A stretch of 64,000 bases of DNA from positions 889-64,888 of the forward strand of contig DYES01000031.1 in NCBI GenBank assembly GCA_020725585.1, read 5' to 3'. Below, in pieces: positions 35,118 to 44,458 of the stretch. The translations under genes were made by a program, and so were the position numbers. The stretch's first letter is position 1, and each line of letters starts with the position of its first letter. The DNA comes from Desulfovirgula sp. GTDB lineage: Bacteria; Bacillota; Desulfotomaculia; Desulfotomaculales; Nap2-2B. The notes below the pieces were generated by a model. The model searched no databases, was not told the origin of the DNA, and saw nothing but the letters and a program-made list of their open reading frames with translations.

Positions 35118-37550
35118 CTAGCCAGCTTTTTCCCCGCGGATTTCCGCTCCTACTTTTTCGGCCAGCGACGACGAGATCTTTTCCAGGAACGACGCTACTT
35201 CTTCCACCGTCAGGGTGCGGTCATCGGCTAAAAATTTCAAAGAAAAGGCGAGGCTGCGAAAATCCTTTTTCACCTGCTCCCCTTCGTAAACATCAAACAA
35301 AGATACGGAACGCAACAATGGTCCGCCGGCCTGTTTGATGATCTCTAGCACCTCGCGCGCGCTCACCTCTTTGGGCGCCAGTACGGCCAGGTCCCTCTGG
35401 ACGGCCGGAAAACGCGGCAGCGGCACGTACTTCTTGTCCCTTTTGGCGGCGGCCGTTATTTTCGCCAGGTCCAGCTCGCACGCCAGCACGCGCAGGGGCA
35501 GCTCCAGGTTTTCCAGGACATCGGGGTGGAGCTCGCCCAAAATACCCAGCTCTTCCTCACCGCAAAAGACGCGGGCCGTCCGCCCCGGATGAAAAGACGG
35601 GTGAGCGCTTTCCGGCGCAAAAGAAAGCTCTCTAACCCCAATTTCCTGAAATAAAGTCTCCAACACACCTTTTAAAAAGTAAAAATCAATCCTTAACCCC
35701 GGAGCGTTCCACCCGCCGCCAATTTCCCCCATCCCAGCCGCCGCCAGCATGAGGCGCTCTTCGGGAAGCCCGCCCTCCCGCGGATAAAACACCCGCCCAA
35801 TCTCGAAAACTGCTCCCGACGTGACCCTCCGGTTAAAATTGCGCCGCAGCACCTCGATCAGGCCGGGCAAAAGCCAGGTACGCATTACAGAATGCTCCTC
35901 GCTCAAGGGGTTCTGCAGTTTGACAACCTCCCGCAGCCTGCTCTTTGCGGGCACGTTAAATTGATCAAAAACGGCGGGATTGGTGAAACTAAAGGTGATC
36001 ACTTCCGTCAAACCGCAGGCGGCGAGCGTATCCTTGATCTGCTCTGCGATCTCTTTTTCCGGGGTGCGGATTCCCAGGGTGCTCACTCCGGAGGGAAGGG
36101 TGCCCGGGATTTGATTATACCCATGAAGCCTGGCTACTTCTTCAATCAGGTCGATCTCCTGGCGGACGTCGTTGCGAAAGCTGGGCACCTGCACCAGCAG
36201 CTCCTCGCCCGCGCCGTTCACTTCAAAATGCAGGCGGGTTAAAGCCGCCGAAATTTCGTTCCTGGTGAGCCGGGTCCCCAGAATATAATTAACCCTGGCC
36301 GGACGGAGAAGAATCTTCTCCACTTCCTTTCTCACCGGGTAATTATCCACGGCGCCGGCGATTACGTCGCCGGCTCCGATTTGTTGGAGCAATTGGGCGG
36401 CCCTGTCCGCCGCCGCAAGACAGCCTTCCAGATCGATTCCCTTTTCAAAACGCACGGCAGATTCCGAGCGCAAACCAAGTGCGCGCGCGGTGCGGCGGAT
36501 GCTGACAGGGTGAAAACAAGCGGATTCCAGCAAAACGTTTACGGTCTTCCCGGTTACTTCCGTTTCCAGGCCGCCCATAATTCCGGCGATGGCCACCGGC
36601 CGGCGGGCGTCCGCGATGACCAGCATATCGGCGGACAACTCCCTGGTTACCCCATCCAGAGAAATCAGGGTCTCTTTTTCCCGCGCCCTGCGGACGACAA
36701 TGCGCCCCTCCTCCAGCGTATCCCAGTCAAAAGCGTGCAATGGCTGCCCCAGCTCAATCATTACGTAATTGGTGATATCCACGACGTTGCTGATGGGGCG
36801 GATGCCGGCAGCCCGCAGCCTTGCCTGCATCCACAAGGGGGAGGGGGCAACCTTCACGTTGGTGAACAATCGCGCCACGTACCGGGGGCAAAGTGCAGGC
36901 TCCAGGATATCTACCCGCGTCAGGTCGGCAGCATTTTTCCCGGTTTCCGCAACCCGTGGAAGGGGAAAGGCTAAAGGTTTGTTAAAAAGCGCCGCCACCT
37001 CGCGGGCCACGCCGAGCATGGACAGGCAATCCCCCCGGTTGGGGGTGACCTCCAGCTCCAAAATTACGTCGTCCAACCCGAGCAGGGGTTTTACATCTAC
37101 ACCCACGGGCACATCCGGCGGCAAAACCATGATGCCGTGCACCTGGTCGGCCGGGATAAACTTCGGGTCAAACCCTAGTTCCTGCCAGGAACATAACATC
37201 CCCCGCGATTCCACGCCCCTTAGCTTTGCCTTTTTAATGGTCAGCCCGCCCGCCAACCGCGCCCCTTCCACCGCCACGGCAACCACCTGGCCCGCTTCCA
37301 CATTGGGAGCCCCGGTGATTATTTGCACCGGCTCCCCTTCTCCCAGGGACGCCCAGCAAATGACCAGTTTATCGGCATTGGGATGCGGTTCTATTTTGAC
37401 CACCCTGCCGGTATACACCCTTTGAATATCTTTGCCCGGGTAGTGGATTCCTTCCACCGCCAGCCCGGCCAGAGTAAGCTGTTCGGAGAGCTCCTCCGGC
37501 GATATTTCAAGATCTACGAATTCCCGCAGCCATTTTAAAGAAACGCGCAA
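35118..37550 (-). CDS. pheT: Phenylalanine--tRNA ligase beta subunit
   Basis: Starts (L->M)RVSLKWLREFVDL, the canonical PheT N-terminus, from the TTG at 37550. tRNA-binding, B3/4, B5 and FDX-ACB domains are present. The track ORF's additional 29 codons overlap pheS. Confidence 0.9.
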   Translation of the reverse strand: MRVSLKWLREFVDLEISPEELSEQLTLAGLAVEGIHYPGKDIQRVYTGRVVKIEPHPNADKLVICWASLGEGEPVQIITGAPNVEAGQVVAVAVEGARLAGGLTIKKAKLRGVESRGMLCSWQELGFDPKFIPADQVHGIMVLPPDVPVGVDVKPLLGLDDVILELEVTPNRGDCLSMLGVAREVAALFNKPLAFPLPRVAETGKNAADLTRVDILEPALCPRYVARLFTNVKVAPSPLWMQARLRAAGIRPISNVVDITNYVMIELGQPLHAFDWDTLEEGRIVVRRAREKETLISLDGVTRELSADMLVIADARRPVAIAGIMGGLETEVTGKTVNVLLESACFHPVSIRRTARALGLRSESAVRFEKGIDLEGCLAAADRAAQLLQQIGAGDVIAGAVDNYPVRKEVEKILLRPARVNYILGTRLTRNEISAALTRLHFEVNGAGEELLVQVPSFRNDVRQEIDLIEEVARLHGYNQIPGTLPSGVSTLGIRTPEKEIAEQIKDTLAACGLTEVITFSFTNPAVFDQFNVPAKSRLREVVKLQNPLSEEHSVMRTWLLPGLIEVLRRNFNRRVTSGAVFEIGRVFYPREGGLPEERLMLAAAGMGEIGGGWNAPGLRIDFYFLKGVLETLFQEIGVRELSFAPESAHPSFHPGRTARVFCGEEELGILGELHPDVLENLELPLRVLACELDLAKITAAAKRDKKYVPLPRFPAVQRDLAVLAPKEVSAREVLEIIKQAGGPLLRSVSLFDVYEGEQVKKDFRSLAFSLKFLADDRTLTVEEVASFLEKISSSLAEKVGAEIRGEKAG

Positions 37551-37581
37551 CCCTTTTTCCCTCCTCTTGAAGAACCTTCCT

Positions 37582-38604
37582 TTAAAACTGCTCCAAAAAC
37601 CGCAGGTCGTTATCAAAGAACAGGCGCAGATCATCAATGCCGTATTTTAACAGGGCAATCCGCTCGATGCCCATCCCAAAAGCAAAGCCGGTAACTTCTT
37701 CGCTGTTGTAGCCGGACATCTCCAGAACACGCGGATGGACCGAACCGCAGCCCAGAATCTCCAGCCAGCCGCTGTAAGAACAGACGCGGCAACCACGGCC
37801 GCCGCACATGACGCAGGAGATGTCCACTTCTGCGCTTGGCTCCGTGAAGGGGAAAAAGCTGGGCCGAAAGCGCGTGCGCGTGGATGGACCGAACATTTCC
37901 GCAGCGAAGGTTTGCAGTACCCCTTTCAAATCCCCAAAAGTTATCCGGGTATCGATAACCAGACCTTCTACCTGATGAAACATCGGAGAATGGGTGGCGT
38001 CGTCGTCACGGCGGTAAACTTTGCCGGGCGCGATAATTTTCACCGGGATACGGGGAACCATCCGTTCCATGGTGCGCACCTGCACGGGGGACGTGTGCGT
38101 GCGCAAGAGAATTTCTCCGCTGATAAAGAAGGTGTCCTGCATATCCCGGGCGGGGTGATCCTTGGGGATATTCAAGGCCTCGAAGTTATAATAATCCAGT
38201 TCTACCTCCGGCCCTTCCGCAATTTCAAACCCAAGGCCCAAAAAAATATTTTCAATCTGGCGCCTGACCCGGGTGAGAGGGTGCAAGTGACCGATGGCAA
38301 ACTTTGTCCCTGGAAGAGTTACATCTATTTTCTCCTCGATCAGGCGGGCCTGTTTGATTTTTTCTTTGATCTGAGCCGTGCGAACGGTTATTTCCGCTTC
38401 CAGAATCCGTCTCACTTCATTGGCCACCTGGCCGACGCGAGGGCGCTGTTCCGGGGAAAGATCCCCCATCCCACGCAAAATCCGCGTCAACTCACCCTTT
38501 TTCCCCAGGTAGCGAACCCGTATTTCATTTACCTCTTCCAGGCTTTTGGCTTCCTCCAGGTTTTTTTTCGCTTCTTCCGCCATTTTTAATAACGTCTGTT
38601 CCAA
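37582..38604 (-). CDS. pheS: Phenylalanine--tRNA ligase alpha subunit
   Basis: 340 aa with class II aaRS motifs ([30 protein letters not shown]). TTG start 10 nt after AAGGGGAGG. Confidence 0.9.
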   Translation of the reverse strand: MEQTLLKMAEEAKKNLEEAKSLEEVNEIRVRYLGKKGELTRILRGMGDLSPEQRPRVGQVANEVRRILEAEITVRTAQIKEKIKQARLIEEKIDVTLPGTKFAIGHLHPLTRVRRQIENIFLGLGFEIAEGPEVELDYYNFEALNIPKDHPARDMQDTFFISGEILLRTHTSPVQVRTMERMVPRIPVKIIAPGKVYRRDDDATHSPMFHQVEGLVIDTRITFGDLKGVLQTFAAEMFGPSTRTRFRPSFFPFTEPSAEVDISCVMCGGRGCRVCSYSGWLEILGCGSVHPRVLEMSGYNSEEVTGFAFGMGIERIALLKYGIDDLRLFFDNDLRFLEQF

Positions 38605-38638
38605 AGAAGAAGGAACCTCCCCTTACAAAGATAAACAT

Positions 38639-38662
38639 AAAAAAACCATCCACGCGGGACGG
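38639..38662 (-). terminator. Leader terminator upstream of pheS
   Basis: Minus strand CCGTCCcgcgtGGATGG followed by TTTTTTT, 35 nt before the pheS start. Confidence 0.5.
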
Positions 38663-38788
38663 AATTTCATATATGTGAGTGCGCCTGTTACTCCTCCTTC
38701 ATGAAAAATGTTCCGGATGATCGGTGATTGACGATAGCGGATGATCGATGATTAGTGATTGATTATTTTTAATCAGGCTTGTGTTCAT

Positions 38789-38881
38789 TTAGTGCAGGGC
38801 AAATCTTTTATAGAGCATGTAAGCTCTGATGGAACCGGTTGCTTCGAAAAGTCTCCAAAAAAATTCGGCGGCGAAACGCAT
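38789..38881 (-). CDS. Candidate Phe-rich leader peptide of pheST (30 aa, speculative)
   Basis: My translation is ATG...TAA = MRFAAEFFWRLFEATGSIRAYMLYKRFALH, with 5 Phe including a tandem TTT TTT. AGGAAAGG lies 10 nt upstream. It sits inside the pheS leader. Confidence 0.25.
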   Translation of the reverse strand: MRFAAEFFWRLFEATGSIRAYMLYKRFALH

Positions 38882-38921
38882 TTGCTCACAACCTTTCCTG
38901 TTTTTTGGGGACCTTGCCCTG

Positions 38922-38950
38922 ATTATAACATAAGCCACCTGGAAAAACAA
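38922..38950 (-). promoter_or_regulatory. Candidate sigma-A promoter of pheST (TTGTTT-17 nt-TGtTATAAT)
   Basis: Minus strand TTGTTTttccaggtggcttaTGtTATAAT, just after the stop of the upstream methyltransferase gene. Confidence 0.45.
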
Positions 38951-38963
38951 GAAAAACTAAAAA

Positions 38964-39761
38964 TTAACGGGAACGCTGGCGGACTACTTCATAAAGCATA
39001 ATCGCCGCGGCCATGGCCACATTTAAGGATTCGGCGCGGCCAGGCATAGGTATGCGCACGACCTGGTGGGCTCTTTTCATAATTTCATCCGAACACCCCC
39101 TGGCCTCATTGCCCACGGCAAGGACAGTGGGAAGAGTAAAATTACAATCAGGCAGAATCTTTTTTGCTTCCGGGTCGCCGACCACCAGCTGCAGACCCGC
39201 CCTGGCCAGCTGCGCCAGCAGCCGGTCCGTTTCCACAACAGTCAGTACAGGCAAATGAAAGACCGAGCCCATGGTGGCCCGCAGCGTCTTCGGGTTAAAG
39301 AGGTCGACCGTTCCTTTCGTTAAAAGAACGCCGTCAGCGGCCGCGGCGTCGGCGCAGCGAACAATGGTACCCAGGTTGCCCGGGTCCTGGACAGCATCGG
39401 CCAGTACGAACAGGGAGGGTTTTTTTTCCAGCAGACCGGTTAGGCCGTCTTCGCGCCGGCGGGCAACCGCCAAAACCCCCTGGGGGGTCTGAGTGGCCGC
39501 CAGTTCAGCAAAAAGGGCCTTGTCTACTTCCAGCCTCTTTAAATTTATTTTCTCGGCCAGCCGCAGAATTTTTTGACCTTGCCGGCTCGCGCCCCACTCG
39601 CCCGTATAGACCAGCAATTCCAGCGGCCAGCCAAAAGAGAGCGCCTCTGCCACCAGCAGGCTGCCTTCCACAATAAATCTTCGCTCTTTTTCCCGGAATT
39701 TTCTTTGGGCAAGCTTACGCAGGTATTTTATCTGGGGGTTCTGCGGGCTGGTTACGGACAT
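38964..39761 (-). CDS. TrmH/SpoU-family RNA 2'-O-methyltransferase (YsgA-like)
   Basis: 265 aa. SpoU motifs (DPGNLGTIVRCADA, VGNEARG, IPMPGRAESLNVAMAA). It lies upstream of pheS as ysgA does in Bacillus. Confidence 0.8.
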   Translation of the reverse strand: MSVTSPQNPQIKYLRKLAQRKFREKERRFIVEGSLLVAEALSFGWPLELLVYTGEWGASRQGQKILRLAEKINLKRLEVDKALFAELAATQTPQGVLAVARRREDGLTGLLEKKPSLFVLADAVQDPGNLGTIVRCADAAAADGVLLTKGTVDLFNPKTLRATMGSVFHLPVLTVVETDRLLAQLARAGLQLVVGDPEAKKILPDCNFTLPTVLAVGNEARGCSDEIMKRAHQVVRIPMPGRAESLNVAMAAAIMLYEVVRQRSR

Positions 39762-39804
39762 GGCAGACCTCCGCGGATCATTTTTTTATAGAGATTTTAA
39801 ATTT

Positions 39805-39860
39805 TTATGGCGATAACCTTGCTTTAGATCAGCGAAACCTGGCGTTCGTCCAAACGGAGC
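39805..39860 (+). repeat. Palindromic intergenic repeat, copy C (left half only)
   Basis: TTATGGCGATAACCTTGCTTTAGATCAGCGAAACCTGGCGTTCGTCCAAACGGAGC, then the family similarity ends a few nt before the ktrA stop codon. No right arm is present. Confidence 0.75.
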
Positions 39861-39863
39861 TGC

Positions 39864-40508
39864 TTACTCTTCAAACTCTTTTAACCGGTCGTCGCGGCCG
39901 ATCGCCACCAGTACGTCCCCCTCCTGCAGGACCTGCCTTGCACCCGGAGAAACGACGATTTCTTCCCCGCGGCGGATGGCCAGGACGGTGATTCCGTATT
40001 TTTTGCGCAGCGCCGATTCCTCGAGGGTTTTGCCCACAAATCTGGCCGGGGCGACGACCTCCACAATGCTGTAATCCGGAGACAGGTGGATTTGATCTAA
40101 AATATTCCTGGATACCAGGGCGTGCGCCAGGCGAACGCCCATATCGCGTTCAGGAAAAACAACCACATCCGCGCCCACCCTTTGCAACACCTTGCCGTGC
40201 AGTTCGTCATTAGCCTTCGCCACTATTTTGGGGACGCCCATTTCTTTGAGGATCACCGTCACTAGAATGCTGGCCTTTACCTCCTGGCCGATGGCCACCA
40301 CGACCACGTCAAAATTGCGCAGGCCCAGCGACTTCAGGGCCTCTTCCTCCATGGCGTCTACCTGGACGGCGTAAGTGACTTCCTCCGTGATATTGTTCAC
40401 CCGCTCGGCATCGGCATCCATCGCCAGCACTTCGTAGCCCATCCGTGCAAGTGTCCTGGCGACGCTGGACCCAAAGCGCCCCAGCCCTATAACTGCAAAT
40501 TGCTTCAT
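39864..40508 (-). CDS. ktrA: K+ uptake system peripheral NAD-binding subunit (TrkA/KtrA)
   Basis: Rossmann motif VIGLGRFG plus a C-terminal TrkA_C/RCK domain. I prefer the start at MKQFAVIG. Confidence 0.8.
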   Translation of the reverse strand: MKQFAVIGLGRFGSSVARTLARMGYEVLAMDADAERVNNITEEVTYAVQVDAMEEEALKSLGLRNFDVVVVAIGQEVKASILVTVILKEMGVPKIVAKANDELHGKVLQRVGADVVVFPERDMGVRLAHALVSRNILDQIHLSPDYSIVEVVAPARFVGKTLEESALRKKYGITVLAIRRGEEIVVSPGARQVLQEGDVLVAIGRDDRLKEFEE

Positions 40509-40518
40509 TTTCTGTTCC

Positions 40519-41889
40519 CTACCCAATCAATATTTTCTCCTGGGGATACCGGACAAAGGTTTTTTTCCTGCGCTGCACGAGGGCAAAAACCAGAGTTAAA
40601 GGCCCCAGGCGCCCGGAAAACATGGTTAATACAATCAGTAACCGCCCGTAAGGCGTCAGCTCAGGCGTTAGGCCCAGGCTTAATCCGACTGTCCCGAAGG
40701 CAGAAACAGCTTCGAACAAAATAGCGAGAAAATCTGCTTTTTCCGTCACGTTCAAAAGGAGCGTAGTCACTGCGACCAGGCTCGTGGCCAGCAGGGAGAC
40801 CGCCAGCGACTTATAGACCTGTTCCGGCAAAATCCGCCGGCGCATCACCTCCGCGTCCTCTCTGCCCCTGGCCAGCGACCAGGCGGCAATCAGCAGCAGG
40901 CCAAAGGTCGTCGTTTTTATCCCGCCGCCAGTCGAACCGGGGGAAGCGCCGATAAACATGAGCATGATCAGCAAAAATTGGGTGGCGGAACGAAGACCGC
41001 TGATTTCCACGGTACTAAAGCCTGCCGTGCGGGGGGTTACCGACTGAAAGTAAGCTGCTAAAAATTTGCCCTGCAACGGAAGGTGGTTTAAGGCAAACGA
41101 CCATTCCAGGATTAAAAATAAAAAAAAGCCCAGGCCAATTAAAAGAACAGTCATGATCAGGGCCAGTTGGGAATGAAGGGAAAGCTTCCGTTCTTTCCAT
41201 TCATATAAATTGATCACTACAGAAAAACCTATGCCGCCAAGAATAATTAAGGTCGTAACGGAAAAAACAATTACTGGATCATTGACATAGCCGGTTAAAC
41301 TCCGAAACTCCCCAAAGAGATCAAAGCCCGCGTTGTTAAAAGCGGAAACGGCGTGAAACAACCCAAACCATAAACAACGCGGCCACCCAAGATCGAAAAA
41401 CCACCGCCAGGAAAGAATCAAGGCAAAAATTCCTTCCGCGGCAAAGGTAAAGATCAAGACGGCCCTGACCAGCCGGACCACACCGGCAACGTCAATCTGG
41501 TTTAACGATTCCCTGATCAGCATCCGTTCTTTTAAACCGATCCGTTTGCCCATCAAAAGAAAAAACAACGTGGCCATGGTCATAAACCCCAGGCCGCCCG
41601 TCTGAATCAAAAGTAAAATAATAACCTGTCCCCAAAAGGACCAGTAAGTTCCGGTATCAACCACCACCAGGCCGGTTACACAGACGGCCGAAGTAGCCGT
41701 AAAAAGGGCGGTTAAAAAATCAGTGGCCCGGCCGGAAGCCGCCGCAAAGGGCAAACAAAGCAATCCGGCGCCTCCCAAGATTGCCGCGGCGAAGCCGGCA
41801 ACAAGAACTTTCGGCGGGCTAAAACGCCATCTTTTAGCCTGTAAAAAAGGAGCCCTTGCGTTCCTGGCAACAATTTCCGCCACTTCCAA
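40519..41889 (-). CDS. ktrB: K+ transporter membrane subunit (TrkH/KtrB family)
   Basis: 456 aa polytopic protein with repeated M1-P-M2 units and selectivity-filter-like GGLG/NAGF/TAGF/GGGI glycines. Confidence 0.8.
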   Translation of the reverse strand: MEVAEIVARNARAPFLQAKRWRFSPPKVLVAGFAAAILGGAGLLCLPFAAASGRATDFLTALFTATSAVCVTGLVVVDTGTYWSFWGQVIILLLIQTGGLGFMTMATLFFLLMGKRIGLKERMLIRESLNQIDVAGVVRLVRAVLIFTFAAEGIFALILSWRWFFDLGWPRCLWFGLFHAVSAFNNAGFDLFGEFRSLTGYVNDPVIVFSVTTLIILGGIGFSVVINLYEWKERKLSLHSQLALIMTVLLIGLGFFLFLILEWSFALNHLPLQGKFLAAYFQSVTPRTAGFSTVEISGLRSATQFLLIMLMFIGASPGSTGGGIKTTTFGLLLIAAWSLARGREDAEVMRRRILPEQVYKSLAVSLLATSLVAVTTLLLNVTEKADFLAILFEAVSAFGTVGLSLGLTPELTPYGRLLIVLTMFSGRLGPLTLVFALVQRRKKTFVRYPQEKILIG

Positions 41890-42103
41890 CCAGCCCTAGG
41901 ATACATTGTTTAACAAACCGGAACATTTAAAAATATTATATCTTCAAACATAAAAATTAGCCGCCGGGGACATAAACAAGCAAGCTGTTTTCCCACCTCT
42001 TTACCAAAAGGCTGGTCCGCTTTAAATGGGTTGCGGCTGCTGCACCTCTTTTTTCTCTTTTTTTCTTATGTCTTTTTAGGCTGGAGAGTTTTATACTTTC
42101 ATA

Positions 42104-42457
42104 TTAAAGCCTGGACTTGGCTACTTCCACCAGCTTTCCGAATGCCTGCGCGTCGTTAACCGCCAGCTCGGCCAGCATTTTCCGGTTGATGCTTACTCCT
42201 GCCTTGCGCAGTCCGTTCATAAAACGGCTGTAAGAAAGGCCGTTTAGGCGCGCGGCGGCGTTAATCCGCGCGATCCAGAGCTTGCGGAAATCTCTTTTTC
42301 TTGCTCTCCGGTCGCGATAAGCGTAGAGCAAGGATTTCATCACTTGCTGCCGGGCTACCCGGTAAAGCTTGCTTTTTGCGCCGTAGTACCCCCTGGCCAG
42401 TTTCAAAATTTTCTTGTGCCTTTTTCGCGATACGACACTGCTTTTTACCCGTGGCAC
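42104..42457 (-). CDS. rplT: 50S ribosomal protein L20
   Basis: [29 protein letters not shown]... is a canonical L20. Confidence 0.95.
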   Translation of the reverse strand: MPRVKSSVVSRKRHKKILKLARGYYGAKSKLYRVARQQVMKSLLYAYRDRRARKRDFRKLWIARINAAARLNGLSYSRFMNGLRKAGVSINRKMLAELAVNDAQAFGKLVEVAKSRL

Positions 42458-42477
42458 AATAATCTCCTCCCGTCAAA

Positions 42478-42672
42478 TTAATAAGGCAGCAGGCGTTTAA
42501 TTTTTTTTGCGTCGGCGGAGCTGATCACTGTTGCCTGGCGCAACCGGCGTTTCCGCCTCGCCGTCTTTTTGCTTAGCAAGTGGCTGTGAAAGGCGTGGGA
42601 AGCTTTTATTTTCCCGGTGGCCGTCTTTTTAAAACGCTTGGCCGCGCCGCGGTGAGTTTTGATTTTCGGCAA
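42478..42672 (-). CDS. rpmI: 50S ribosomal protein L35
   Basis: [23 protein letters not shown]... is a canonical L35. Confidence 0.95.
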   Translation of the reverse strand: MPKIKTHRGAAKRFKKTATGKIKASHAFHSHLLSKKTARRKRRLRQATVISSADAKKIKRLLPY

Positions 42673-42690
42673 AATAAATACCCCCTTTCG

Positions 42691-43230
42691 TTATTGATCC
42701 GGCTTTATTTCCTGTCTTACTTCCTGTTTTGGAGCAAGAATCATCACCATATTTTTCCCTTCCAGTTTCGGCTGCCGCTCGATGGTGGAAATATCTTTAA
42801 CGTGCTCGGCCAGGCGGGTCAACAGCACCTGCCCTAACTCCGGGTGGACAATCTCCCTGCCGCGAAACATGATGGTCGCTTTCACTTTATCCCCGTCTCT
42901 TAAAAAACGTTCGGCAGACCTTGCCTTCACCAGAAAATCGTGGTCTTCGATATTTAACCTGAGCTTTACCTCTTTGACATTGATAATGCGCTGCTTTTTT
43001 TTGGCCTCTTTTTCGCGTTTGCTTTGCTCGTACTTGAATTTGCCGTAATCCATCAGCCGGCATACCGGCGGTTTGGCCTGAGGGGCCACCTCCACCAGGT
43101 CCAGTTCTTTTTCCTCGGCCAAACGCAGGGCGCTCGCCAAAGGCATAATCCCCAACTGGTTTCCGTTCACGTCGATGACTCTTACTTCTTTGGCCCGGAT
43201 CTCTTCGTTTACCCGTAAATCTTTTGTAAT
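42691..43230 (-). CDS. infC: Translation initiation factor IF-3 (ATT start codon)
   Basis: ITKDLRVNEEIRAKEVRVIDVNG... is the canonical IF-3 N-terminus. The ATT at 43230-43228 lies just downstream of GGAGGTG. The track ORF's upstream 20 codons are leader sequence. Confidence 0.9.
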   Translation of the reverse strand: MTKDLRVNEEIRAKEVRVIDVNGNQLGIMPLASALRLAEEKELDLVEVAPQAKPPVCRLMDYGKFKYEQSKREKEAKKKQRIINVKEVKLRLNIEDHDFLVKARSAERFLRDGDKVKATIMFRGREIVHPELGQVLLTRLAEHVKDISTIERQPKLEGKNMVMILAPKQEVRQEIKPDQ

Positions 43231-43251
43231 ACTACCACCTCCAGATATTGC

Positions 43252-43282
43252 CAATAATAAAAGCGGGTATACTCCACCCGCT
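43252..43282 (-). terminator. Attenuator terminator in the infC-rpmI-rplT leader (L20-leader type)
   Basis: Minus strand AGCGGGTggagtatACCCGCT followed by TTTATTATT, about 20 nt before the infC RBS. Confidence 0.55.
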
Positions 43283-43391
43283 AAACTCAAAAAGCCCTAT
43301 CAACGACGACAACCTTATCGGCAGCCCCCTGGCGCCATAAGGTGAGAAGCGGATGGCTTCTGCTTTCCTTCCCGGCTAACGCCACGCCTAA

Positions 43392-43420
43392 ATTATACAC
43401 GGCGCAGGTATAAACGTCAA
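43392..43420 (-). promoter_or_regulatory. Candidate sigma-A promoter of the infC operon (TTGACG-17 nt-TATAAT)
   Basis: Minus strand TTGACGtttatacctgcgccgtgTATAAT. Confidence 0.55.
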
Positions 43421-43547
43421 GTAGAGTACACGATCCACGGACTTTTCGCGCGAGGAAAATTTAATTCTTTAAAAAGCCCGTAATGTTTGATAAAATTACT
43501 CTAACCCATTTAAGCAATTGATTAAGCAAAATTGACCGCCGGCGGAG

Positions 43548-44375
43548 GTGAAAAATTTGTCCGAAAAAGGGCCGGATTACACAGTACACTCTATTGAACG
43601 AGCGCTGGCTATTTTAGAGTGCCTGGCCCGAAAGCCTCAGGGGTTGGGGGTTACAGAGCTCGGCCTGCTACTTCGTTTACATAAAAGCACCGTTCACCGC
43701 CTTTTAGCCACCCTCTCCGCCTTTGGATACGTGGAACAAGACTCTTCGACGGAGCGCTACAAACTGGGCCGCAAGGTAATGCTCCTCGGCTTAGAACTCT
43801 TAGAAAATCTGGACTTCCGCAAGGAAGCGAAGCCATACCTGCGCGAACTGGTAGAAATATCCCGGGAAACAGTCCAGCTGGCTGTTTTGGACGGCGGGGA
43901 AATAGTGGTCGTGGAAAGAGACCGTTCGCCCGAAGTGGTTACGGTTAACCTGGGTCTGCGCGCCCAGGTGCACTGTACGGCTGAAGGAAAGGTGCTGCTG
44001 GCCCACCTGCCGCGCGAAGAAATCATCTACATTCTGGAGACACAGGGGATGCCCCAGCACACTGTAAACACCATTACCGATCTGGAGTACATGCTCTCTC
44101 ACCTGGAAAAGGTACGCCTTCAGGGGTACGCCATCAACGCGGAAGAACTGGTGGAAGGCATGCGCAGCATCGCCGCACCCATCTTCAATCATTCCGGCAA
44201 GACGATTGCCGCGCTGAGTATCTCGGGTCCCACTTCCCGGCTTACGCTGGAAAGAATCGGGAGGCTGGTGACGGTGCTCAAAGAAGCCTGCGAGGCCATT
44301 TCGGAACGGTTAGGCTACCGCCCGCGCGGAGCCGAGCACCAGCCCGAAGCGAACTCTCTAAGCTCTCTTCAATAG
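43548..44375 (+). CDS. IclR-family transcriptional regulator
   Basis: 275 aa. N-terminal wHTH (SIERALAILECLA..., LGVTELGLLLRLHKSTVHRLL) and a C-terminal IclR effector domain. The start may be the TTG at 43557. Confidence 0.8.
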   Translation: MKNLSEKGPDYTVHSIERALAILECLARKPQGLGVTELGLLLRLHKSTVHRLLATLSAFGYVEQDSSTERYKLGRKVMLLGLELLENLDFRKEAKPYLRELVEISRETVQLAVLDGGEIVVVERDRSPEVVTVNLGLRAQVHCTAEGKVLLAHLPREEIIYILETQGMPQHTVNTITDLEYMLSHLEKVRLQGYAINAEELVEGMRSIAAPIFNHSGKTIAALSISGPTSRLTLERIGRLVTVLKEACEAISERLGYRPRGAEHQPEANSLSSLQ

Positions 44376-44458
44376 ATTTTCTTTATTAATTATTGTTTGA
44401 TTATTTCTTACTAATTTATTTTTTATTATAATTTAGTAAATTGAAGGAAGGGGTTCTC

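Noticed and set aside
37735-38589. 284 aa plus-strand ORF antisense to pheS
   Set aside because: It lies wholly inside pheS, has no RBS or recognisable domain, and its composition is typical of antisense frames.
38605-38950. Expected T-box riboswitch upstream of pheS
   Set aside because: I searched both arms of the terminator region and the leader by eye for the conserved T-box sequence (..GGGTGGTACCGCG..) and for Stem I AG-bulge and distal-loop motifs, and found none. It is reported instead as an atypical attenuator and needs cmsearch confirmation.
41890-42103. Possible c-di-AMP (ydaO/kimA-type) riboswitch upstream of ktrB
   Set aside because: The 214 nt region lacks the conserved pseudo-two-fold ydaO sequence blocks as far as I can recognise them. 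It probably holds only the rplT terminator region and the ktrB promoter.
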